Shown here in pieces: positions 32,598-39,500 of a stretch of DNA of 39,500 nt. The stretch is from the UHGV virus genome UHGV-0205585; one strand, 5' to 3'. Source of the DNA: a virus. The translations under genes and the position numbers were made by a program. Positions within the stretch are counted from its first letter, which is position 1; each line of letters starts with the position of its first letter. Under the pieces are notes generated by a model that worked only from the letters and a program-made list of their open reading frames with translations, was not told the origin of the DNA and did no database searches.

Positions 32598-32962
32598 TGT
32601 ATCAATCCACCTCCTAGTTGCTTAAGGAACTTACCATAAGTTTCTTTAACGAAGTTCTTTTTCGGTCCGTCTATGTATGTTTGCATCCACAATCCGCCCG
32701 CATTTGGGTTTTTGTCCTTGCGGAAGTTGTACTCCGGGTGCCAGTAATGTTTACGAGCGTATGGGGTATCGAAAATAATGCGCCCCACCATATTTTTTAC
32801 GTCAACATCTGCGAAGCCGCTTTCTTCCAATATGCCCTCTGCTTTCGGGACTGTCTGGGAAGCTACAATATCGCTTAACACCGCTTCTACCGTAAGTTCA
32901 AACGCCCGCTGGCTTATCTCCTGCAGGCGTGCTATCTTATCCGGGTATAATGTTATTTTCAT
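32594..32962 (-). CDS. Tail completion/minor capsid protein
   Basis: VPK..G.LE.S...DTPYARK.Y.HPEYNF....NPNAGG.W. Confidence 0.75.
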   Translation of the reverse strand: MKITLYPDKIARLQEISQRAFELTVEAVLSDIVASQTVPKAEGILEESGFADVDVKNMVGRIIFDTPYARKHYWHPEYNFRKDKNPNAGGLWMQTYIDGPKKNFVKETYGKFLKQLGGGLIQ

Positions 32963-33366
32963 TCTTCGATCATAAACAGTAACGCTCTTTGCTCCTTAAC
33001 TGTGGGAATATCATAATCTCCTGTGTCGCACATTTCCAATGCTGCGGAAGGAACAGTGAACAGCATGATATCTGTTTCTGTGTCAAGCACCTCTGCGTAT
33101 GCCTCGTTGCATTTTTTCTCGTTATCTCCGGCAAATGCGTAGATTGTATTATCTCCAGATGTAACCGTAACTGGATTTCCACTTTTGTCTTTTTTAGCAA
33201 ACTCTTTACAGATTTTAATTCTCTCTTCTTCCAGTCTCTCGAATTCTTTCTTTAGTTTTTCCGTGTTTCTTCCTACGGCATATCGGAGTTTGAAAGGGAA
33301 CTTTTTATCTCCTAAATCCATTAGTTCTATTAAGTGGGTCTTTACCTCTCTCGACTTAATTTTCAT
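32959..33366 (-). CDS. Hypothetical protein (DUF1617-like)
   Basis: K.PFKL.YA..RN..KL pattern. Confidence 0.55.
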   Translation of the reverse strand: MKIKSREVKTHLIELMDLGDKKFPFKLRYAVGRNTEKLKKEFERLEEERIKICKEFAKKDKSGNPVTVTSGDNTIYAFAGDNEKKCNEAYAEVLDTETDIMLFTVPSAALEMCDTGDYDIPTVKEQRALLFMIEE

Positions 33367-33611
33367 TTCGCCACCTTCGCTTTCTCTGCGATTAGCTTAT
33401 CCTGCTCCGAATAAACTGCGTCTTCGAACGTTTTTTGATCCGCTTTTACCTTTTCTCGATTAGTTTTATATAGATCCTGATTATTAATGGACGGACTATA
33501 ATAAAGATCCGCTGGATTATCGGAGTTAATTCTTGCGCTTAAAAACATTACGGAACTTCCGTCTTCCGTTTCTAAGTTGGATGTAAATTCTATATTTTTT
33601 CTTATTTCCAT
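33363..33611 (-). CDS. Hypothetical protein
   Basis: 82-aa ORF with RBS; I.NQDLY..NR..V.AD...FE..VY pattern. Confidence 0.65.
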   Translation of the reverse strand: MEIRKNIEFTSNLETEDGSSVMFLSARINSDNPADLYYSPSINNQDLYKTNREKVKADQKTFEDAVYSEQDKLIAEKAKVAK

Positions 33612-33625
33612 AACAGTTCCTTTCT

Positions 33626-33964
33626 TTAAATAAGTCTAAGTTCTACAAAATTAACAGTGCCATCCGGGTTTCTTGCCCTATTGCCCTGGAAGATTGTGCG
33701 CTCAACCCCGAATACCGTAGCGGTTCCCCCGCTCAAAGTAGGTAGATCAGGCGCAATGTCCTGGCAGAACAACGCAATACCGGATAACTGTATTTTCTTT
33801 CCATCTGCGGTCATTACCGTTTTTGCCGTGTCCTGGTAATTGCAAAATAGGTCCCCATCGAATCCCGGCATGGGGCCTCCGTCCTCGCTCACGCCTTCCT
33901 GAGCAATACAAACGTGGATTGGAATTGTGCAAAAATGCTTTGGTACCAGCTTCGGATATTCCAT
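33626..33964 (-). CDS. Head closure protein
   Basis: Start MEYPKLVP at 33964; ends RNPDGTVNFVEL.L; synteny. Confidence 0.7.
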   Translation of the reverse strand: MEYPKLVPKHFCTIPIHVCIAQEGVSEDGGPMPGFDGDLFCNYQDTAKTVMTADGKKIQLSGIALFCQDIAPDLPTLSGGTATVFGVERTIFQGNRARNPDGTVNFVELRLI

Positions 33965-33965
33965 G

Positions 33966-34352
33966 CTACACCGCCAATCTGCAGCATAACCCGGTCTGGC
34001 ATAACTGCTCATAGGTGTCTCTACGCATTGGAATGCCTTTCTGTACTGTAACATTCCAACTTTCCCCAGAGAATTGCATATTTACTCCATTAATGGAATA
34101 CCCGGACAGTACCATATCGAATACATCTTTGTTCTGGTATTCAAATTCCGCCTGCATACACACCACTTCTTTCACAATTTCATCCTGGAATGGCGTAAGA
34201 TTAGAAAATCCCCGGCTTACAATTCGATTGTAAGTCAGGGAATCAATATGCCTGCTGGCCTGCTTAAGATACTTTTTTATATCATCACTGGGGATGGATG
34301 TCCCCTGGTATGTAGAAACGTAATACTCAATATCTGCGTATGGTTCATACAA
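33966..34352 (-). CDS. Head-tail adaptor
   Basis: YAD..YY...Y.G...AS.HIDSLTYNRI...L.QTGL. Confidence 0.8.
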   Translation of the reverse strand: MYEPYADIEYYVSTYQGTSIPSDDIKKYLKQASRHIDSLTYNRIVSRGFSNLTPFQDEIVKEVVCMQAEFEYQNKDVFDMVLSGYSINGVNMQFSGESWNVTVQKGIPMRRDTYEQLCQTGLCCRLAV

Positions 34353-34353
34353 T

Positions 34354-34620
34354 TTATTCGCCCTTCTTTCTTCCTGCCGGCTTTGCTTCTTGGTCTTCTG
34401 CTGGCTCTTTCGGAAGCTTGACTTCCAGATTCTTTATAACACCATGTAGCCGTTCATTCTCCTTCAAAATTGCTGCATGGATCTCATATGGAACTGTCTT
34501 TCCGCGTCCATAAGCAATTACATTACCGGAGTCGTCCACAATATCGAATCCGCTATCCTGGTAAAACTTCTTCTGTTCATCACCGATTGTATATTCTTTA
34601 TTCCCTTTTATTGCTTTCAT
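34354..34620 (-). CDS. Hypothetical protein following the major capsid gene
   Basis: MKA.KGNKEYTI...Y...GFDI; AGGAGG RBS. Confidence 0.7.
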   Translation of the reverse strand: MKAIKGNKEYTIGDEQKKFYQDSGFDIVDDSGNVIAYGRGKTVPYEIHAAILKENERLHGVIKNLEVKLPKEPAEDQEAKPAGRKKGE

Positions 34621-34630
34621 TTCGTCCTCC

Positions 34631-35515
34631 TTACGCCTGCACGTTCATTGCGCATCCTTCCACCTTCTTTTCTAACAGGAAAAGATCACCATAGTTGCGG
34701 TTCTGGTACATATACCCATCTGCTGTACGGGTATCTGTTCCGGGTGTAAACAATTTAATATAGCTATATTTGTCCCTTGCCACAACACAGGATGGATGAA
34801 TTAAAATCCAATTAATCTGCTTCGCGTCCGAAGCGGCAACACATCCGTTTGTAAAGTCATATTTTGTTTTCATTCTGGATGCAGGAACCATCTTGATCGT
34901 GACATCATCGAGCGAATGGACATTCCGGTTAATTGTGGATGGGCTTGTTACCGTCATAACTCTCTGGATTCCTTCTGCTTCCTTTGCGATTTTTTTCATT
35001 CCCGGGGTAACATATAAAATTCTGCTTTCTTCCGGAACGCCGGCCTCATCCATTCTCGCCATCTCTTCGTCAAATGCTTCCAGGAAGTTAACGGCCGTAA
35101 TTACCGTGGAATCGATTCTTCCAGAATAAGTTGTAAGTTCGGCGTGCAGCTTAGAAAAACGGTATGAATCCTTTTCGGGAATAGCCTGTTCTGTCTCAAA
35201 AGTGTTCTGAATGTTTGCCACTGATAAAGTAAGGTTTGTTTCGTCAATATCCATCGGATCTACGAAAAATTCAATATCCCTATCATGCGCAAGCTTCTTT
35301 GCTTCCCAGCCATTGCTAAGCGTACCAGAATTAAAACCCGGTGTTCTTGTGTGGTCTTTATATCCCGTAACTGCCATATTGGGCAATTTAATAGTTTGTG
35401 CATTGATGAATTTTACCTGCATATTGCTTTTTGTAAGTTCGTCTGAGCACAGTTCCTTTGCGTATTTCTGCTGTAAAAGCTGTGTAAATTGTGTTGCATA
35501 TTCGTATACTGCCAT
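34631..35515 (-). CDS. Major capsid protein
   Basis: 294 aa; HDR.IEF.VDPMDIDETN...IPEKDSYRFSKL; follows the scaffold gene. Confidence 0.9.
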   Translation of the reverse strand: MAVYEYATQFTQLLQQKYAKELCSDELTKSNMQVKFINAQTIKLPNMAVTGYKDHTRTPGFNSGTLSNGWEAKKLAHDRDIEFFVDPMDIDETNLTLSVANIQNTFETEQAIPEKDSYRFSKLHAELTTYSGRIDSTVITAVNFLEAFDEEMARMDEAGVPEESRILYVTPGMKKIAKEAEGIQRVMTVTSPSTINRNVHSLDDVTIKMVPASRMKTKYDFTNGCVAASDAKQINWILIHPSCVVARDKYSYIKLFTPGTDTRTADGYMYQNRNYGDLFLLEKKVEGCAMNVQA

Positions 35516-35535
35516 ATTCTATAATCCTCTCTTTC

Positions 35536-36147
35536 TTATAAACCAAACGCTGCCTTTAAAGCGTCATCTGTGTTTGTCTGCTGCTGACTGCCGGAGGCTC
35601 CAATCTGTCTAAAGCCTGAGGTCTGTTCTGCTGTTGGTTTTAATGCGGGTACATCTTCTAAAACCTTATTTAAGGCTGTCTTTAAAGACTCTTCATTAAT
35701 CTTTCCATCCTGCCCGGTAACACTGCTTAAATCCGCTAATTTTAGCACATATGGCACTGTCTTAGCGTCTATACCCAACTGAATAGCCTGCAAAATTGCT
35801 TGATTCTCTACTTCCTTCTGCTGTGCCATAGCCTGTGCCTGTGCTGCCTGTGTCTGTAATGCATTAACATCCGGCTGCTGTGCTGCCTGTTGCTGCTTAA
35901 AGGTAGCCATAGCCTGCTCTGCTTCCTCTTTGGAAAGCCCTTGCTGCTTAAAATAGCCTTTCAGCACACTTTCTTCTGTCACGGACTGTTTTCCCTGGAC
36001 AAGCTGTATAAGTTTGTCATAGTCGATCTGTGGCGTTGCAGCCGCTGTACCGGGTTGCGATTGCACTACAGGTGGTGTTTGTGCTCCCGGATCTGTTCCT
36101 CCCGGCTCTGCAAAAATTTGTAATTTCATTGGTAATTTTCTTCTCAT
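35536..36147 (-). CDS. Capsid scaffolding protein
   Basis: N-terminal MKLQIFAE (Prp-type cleavage motif); Q/A-rich coiled coil. Confidence 0.85.
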   Translation of the reverse strand: MRRKLPMKLQIFAEPGGTDPGAQTPPVVQSQPGTAAATPQIDYDKLIQLVQGKQSVTEESVLKGYFKQQGLSKEEAEQAMATFKQQQAAQQPDVNALQTQAAQAQAMAQQKEVENQAILQAIQLGIDAKTVPYVLKLADLSSVTGQDGKINEESLKTALNKVLEDVPALKPTAEQTSGFRQIGASGSQQQTNTDDALKAAFGL

Positions 36148-36162
36148 AGCAAAATCTCCTTT

Positions 36163-36244
36163 ACAGTTAAATGGTGTCTCCATGTTTCTACAGTTTTATG
36201 GGTGTCTCCCGTTAACAGTTTTTTTTACAGTGTGTCTCACTGTA
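36163..36244 (-). repeat. Three AGACA-loop hairpins, each followed by AACTGT, in the scaffold leader
   Basis: TACAGTG-AGACA-CACTGTA, GGG-AGACA-CCC and ATGG-AGACA-CCAT. Confidence 0.75.
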
Positions 36245-36318
36245 GTTTAAAGCCTTCGGGCATAAAAATAAGACGATTCACCCCGCGTCTCAGAGGGAGA
36301 AATGGATCACCGCCTTTC

Positions 36319-36363
36319 TTATCTTCCTTTTCCTTTTTTGCCGCCTTTTCCTTTACATGCCAT
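36319..36363 (-). CDS. 14-aa Lys/Gly-rich peptide MACKGKGGKKGKGR
   Basis: Strong AGGAGGTG RBS; lies between the minor capsid gene and the scaffold leader. Confidence 0.5.
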   Translation of the reverse strand: MACKGKGGKKGKGR

Positions 36364-36376
36364 TGCCCTCACCTCC

Positions 36377-37765
36377 TTAATATATTTTTTCTCTACGGTA
36401 TGAACGTCTAAGTTCCGGGTGTTTTTCTAAATGCTCCCGCATCTTATTCTGGTACTCTTTAACCTTTTCTTTAGCATATTTAGCGCTCACAGGGTCCTGG
36501 GAACCCTCCGCAGATCGTTTCCACTTCTTTATCTGGCGTTCTAACTCCCTTTGCTCTTGTTCCGCCTTATATGTTTCTACAGCTTTCTTTGTATCTGGTA
36601 CTTTCGGAAGCTGTGTAATGCCGGGGAAATAAGTTGCTATGTTGTGCCTGCAATTTGGATGAAGAAGGCCTGCTTTAATCGCTGTGGACAGAAGCGGATA
36701 CCCTAGTATCTCTGCTTCTTCCTTCGTGCCACTAGAAAATACATCGTCTATCAGTATTTTCCCTTGCCAGGGAGCACATAACGGACAGGTATTGGCATGG
36801 CCAGAAACAAATACCGTATGTATGCCCCATTCATCCCGCTTCTTTCCTTCTCCCAGGAGTTTTGCTCGGTGTGCTGCGGTTCTTAACGCCATCTCTGCAT
36901 AACTGGCTATATTAACTCGTTTGCCGTCCTTATATTCGATGCAGTCAATCCCCTTTTGCAGAAATTCCTTCGTAGCCATGTCTATGGCCTGTTCCAGCGT
37001 CTTTGCACCTGCAGCCAAATTCATTTCTGCTCGGTAAACTGTCTGCCGGTAAACGTCATCCATCCGGCGCCACACAGCCGCCTGCACTTTTTTTAGATCG
37101 TGCGCAATCTTTTCCTTTGTATTATCCAGTTTAATATCATTGCCTCCGGTGGTTGGCGGTTGCGCTTTCCCCTCCGGCCTAAACGGTTCCGCTTCCTGGG
37201 CTTCTGCCTCTTTCGGAGGTTCTGGCTGGTCTTTCTCTGTTTCGGGTTCGCCCGCCTTTGTTTCTTCTTTCGGCTTTGCCTGCTCTGCTTTGGGAGAATC
37301 TTTTTTGCTCTCCGGCAAGACTTTCTCGGCTTCCTCTTGTAACACTTGGAGTTTCTTTTTATTTATACCAAAAAAGTTGTCTTCCTGTGGAGGAGGTGTC
37401 GAAAGTTTATGGTGGGATATATCTTTCGGGAAATCCACACGCTTCTTCTTAAAGAATAACGTTTTTATACGTTGTATTATCTTGTTAAATATGTTCTGCC
37501 CGGTTCTGTAGCTACTCTGCAGCGCTTCTTCCACAATCTTCTCTACTTCCGGGCTTATCTTATCGATTATTTCCTTATTCTCTTTGCGGTACTTCCGCAG
37601 GTTCCGAAGTTTGGCTTTCTGCCACATCTCCCAGCGGAACCCCTCTTCTTCCTCTTCCTTTTGGTGGCGTTTAAGATTGCGGCGTAAACTTTTAACCAGT
37701 TCCAATTCCATCTCTTCGAAGATCCTCCGTAGATTATATGGATCGTCTCTTTTATCGTCTGCCAA
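36377..37765 (-). CDS. Minor capsid protein (A118 gp4-like)
   Basis: YAEMALRT...HANTCPLCAPWQGKI...GLLHPNCRH...QRELERQI..WKR. Confidence 0.85.
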   Translation of the reverse strand: MADDKRDDPYNLRRIFEEMELELVKSLRRNLKRHQKEEEEEGFRWEMWQKAKLRNLRKYRKENKEIIDKISPEVEKIVEEALQSSYRTGQNIFNKIIQRIKTLFFKKKRVDFPKDISHHKLSTPPPQEDNFFGINKKKLQVLQEEAEKVLPESKKDSPKAEQAKPKEETKAGEPETEKDQPEPPKEAEAQEAEPFRPEGKAQPPTTGGNDIKLDNTKEKIAHDLKKVQAAVWRRMDDVYRQTVYRAEMNLAAGAKTLEQAIDMATKEFLQKGIDCIEYKDGKRVNIASYAEMALRTAAHRAKLLGEGKKRDEWGIHTVFVSGHANTCPLCAPWQGKILIDDVFSSGTKEEAEILGYPLLSTAIKAGLLHPNCRHNIATYFPGITQLPKVPDTKKAVETYKAEQEQRELERQIKKWKRSAEGSQDPVSAKYAKEKVKEYQNKMREHLEKHPELRRSYRREKIY

Positions 37766-37767
37766 TC

Positions 37768-39318
37768 TTATTCACCTTCTTCCGGCTCCTGGCTGTTTAT
37801 ATCTGCGTTTCCTTCTTGCACCGGTGTATCTTGGATTATTCCATCCATACCGGCTACGCTCGGCTCGTCTTCCGTTAGAAGCCCTTGCTCCGCTTTAAGC
37901 CTTTGGATCTCTTCCTGTTTACAGTGTTCATCCAGGGTATCGCCATACAGTTCTTCCACCACCCGCTCAATAGACATAATGCCCTGGGTTTTCGCTTTGC
38001 CTATGGTCTCTACTTGGGATTCGAAGCTTGGATTAGCGTATTCCCCAAACGGAATATTAACTTCCACCTCTTCCACCGGCTTTCCATATAACAAGTTGTA
38101 AGCATTTATACACGCGGTAACCACTTCTGGCAATGTCTCCTGCAGCGCTTCTATAATTGCATTCCTAGTGTACAGAGTGGCTTTCTCTTTTTCCCTCTGC
38201 GCTTCTGCATTGTCTAATTTCTTTGTGTCTATGCCAAGCGTAGAAGGAGATATAACGCCCTGTAAGCACTGGTCAAGTGCTGTTATGTAGGATGCAAGGT
38301 AGCTTTCGTGCGGGATATCTGGCTGCTGCACTTCTATCTGGTTCTTAGCGCCCTCTCCCATGTTCGTGTCGCATTCTATAAACCTGTTGTCAAAAGAATT
38401 GGGTTTAACCAATTTCCCTTTTTCTGGATCGCGTGGAATTAACGATTCCGGTATATATGTCTTCGCTCTGCCGGCTCTTAATGCATCCATCCATTGCGAC
38501 CATGTTTCGTCAAATGCATCGTAACTGTCTAATTTACCATCATAGATGCTACCGCCTCTGCCTTCGTATTTGGCGCTTTCATAGACTTTAAACGGTACTG
38601 CCAGTATTACGCTTTCGTCAAATGCCCAGTCTTCCACGCCTTTCGTATTGTCTATAGAATGCAGGTCAACCGGTTTATCGCCTTTATACAGCTCATTTCG
38701 GATATACCCATAACCATAATGCTCGTACAGAGTATATTGCTGTGTACGGACGGCATATGGCGTCTTGAACACTACTTCTTCCAGCTCGTCTCCGTCATGC
38801 ACCATCTCGATTCTTTCTCCTGGATACCAGCGCAGGATTGGGAACTCACTTTTCTTAGTATTTATTGTTACTTTGTAAGCGCCATCCCCTATAAACAAGA
38901 CTTCTTTTAGGGATCTCTCGAACTTCTTCCTAAATTTGTTTGCTTTCTCTATATCCTTCCACAATAATTCCTGTGCCGGATTCTTAAACTCGAAGTCGTT
39001 CATATCTTCGACAATAATTCCGGTTAGAATCCGAACAATCATCCCTGGCAATCCGGTGTGTATCTTCCGCATTTCCATACCAGGCGTGCACCTGGAAGCC
39101 CAGAACTTATACTTATCTGCATATTCTGGATTCTGCTGGTACATTTGTTCTAACTCGTTTCCTTCTCCCCTGTACCAGATTCTATTTCGTATTGCGCTTT
39201 GTTCAAAGTCCATTACTTCTGTAATCTGTATCTTGGAAGAGGATGGCTGCTTATTAAGCCAATTAACTATCCCTCTTTTTATATTGTCACTCATGCGTCT
39301 TGCCCACCCCACTTTCAT
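37768..39318 (-). CDS. Portal protein (SPP1/A118-like)
   Basis: About 515 aa; YIPESL, QGVISPSTLG, MSIE..VEELYG..E.I.RLK.E; start at 39318 or GTG at 39312. Confidence 0.88.
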   Translation of the reverse strand: MKVGWARRMSDNIKRGIVNWLNKQPSSSKIQITEVMDFEQSAIRNRIWYRGEGNELEQMYQQNPEYADKYKFWASRCTPGMEMRKIHTGLPGMIVRILTGIIVEDMNDFEFKNPAQELLWKDIEKANKFRKKFERSLKEVLFIGDGAYKVTINTKKSEFPILRWYPGERIEMVHDGDELEEVVFKTPYAVRTQQYTLYEHYGYGYIRNELYKGDKPVDLHSIDNTKGVEDWAFDESVILAVPFKVYESAKYEGRGGSIYDGKLDSYDAFDETWSQWMDALRAGRAKTYIPESLIPRDPEKGKLVKPNSFDNRFIECDTNMGEGAKNQIEVQQPDIPHESYLASYITALDQCLQGVISPSTLGIDTKKLDNAEAQREKEKATLYTRNAIIEALQETLPEVVTACINAYNLLYGKPVEEVEVNIPFGEYANPSFESQVETIGKAKTQGIMSIERVVEELYGDTLDEHCKQEEIQRLKAEQGLLTEDEPSVAGMDGIIQDTPVQEGNADINSQEPEEGE

Positions 39319-39328
39319 TCCTCCCTAT

Positions 39329-39500
39329 CTATCGGATTTCATCTTTGAGAAGATAAATACTTATTTTTTCCAATAATCTTTGAGCAGAATCAATGGTCAT
39401 TCCTTCCAGGCTTTTTACTATTCCTTCCGCTCTGTAAATCTCATCTTTATTGAATATCCGGGTTGTTACTTCCCTTTTGCACCCGTCAATATTTATGTAA
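39329..39500 (-). CDS. 3' part of the 70-aa protein that starts at position 41
   Basis: Open frame YINIDGCKRE...LLKDEIR*, in frame with 41..1. Confidence 0.7.
   Translation of the reverse strand, partial: YINIDGCKREVTTRIFNKDEIYRAEGIVKSLEGMTIDSAQRLLEKISIYLLKDEIR

Overview
The window appears to be a complete, circularly permuted ~39.5 kb temperate siphophage genome of a low-GC Firmicute (Clostridia/Lachnospiraceae-like). It is in the excised state: attP is intact, and one ORF reads in frame across the window ends. Minus-strand modules are: cro/xis; recombination and replication (ERF, HNH, Holliday-junction resolvase, initiator with iterons, DnaC-like loader, beta-clamp-like protein); an array of short gene and RNA cassettes; an ArpU/RinA-like activator; terminases; A118/SPP1-like head and tail genes; and lysis genes. 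The plus strand carries cI and a tyrosine integrase whose attP supplies a replacement 3' end (GHVETVALL) for an RlmD/RumA-type methyltransferase gene. The most notable locus is an accessory island at 16.85-18.2 kb. It holds a promoter-driven degenerate type I-B-like mini-CRISPR array, a gene resembling Cas11/the Cas8b C-terminus, a small Acr-like gene and a divergent Aca-like HTH gene with operators. Other highlights are about 10 copies of a 13-bp motif that delimit gene and ncRNA cassettes (one a tRNA-like RNA with two T-arms), a LexA-box-controlled putative antirepressor, a tandem Tad2/DUF2829 protein and a DUF3467/RelE-like/DUF2283 module. All family calls come from motif recognition by eye; no database searches were run.
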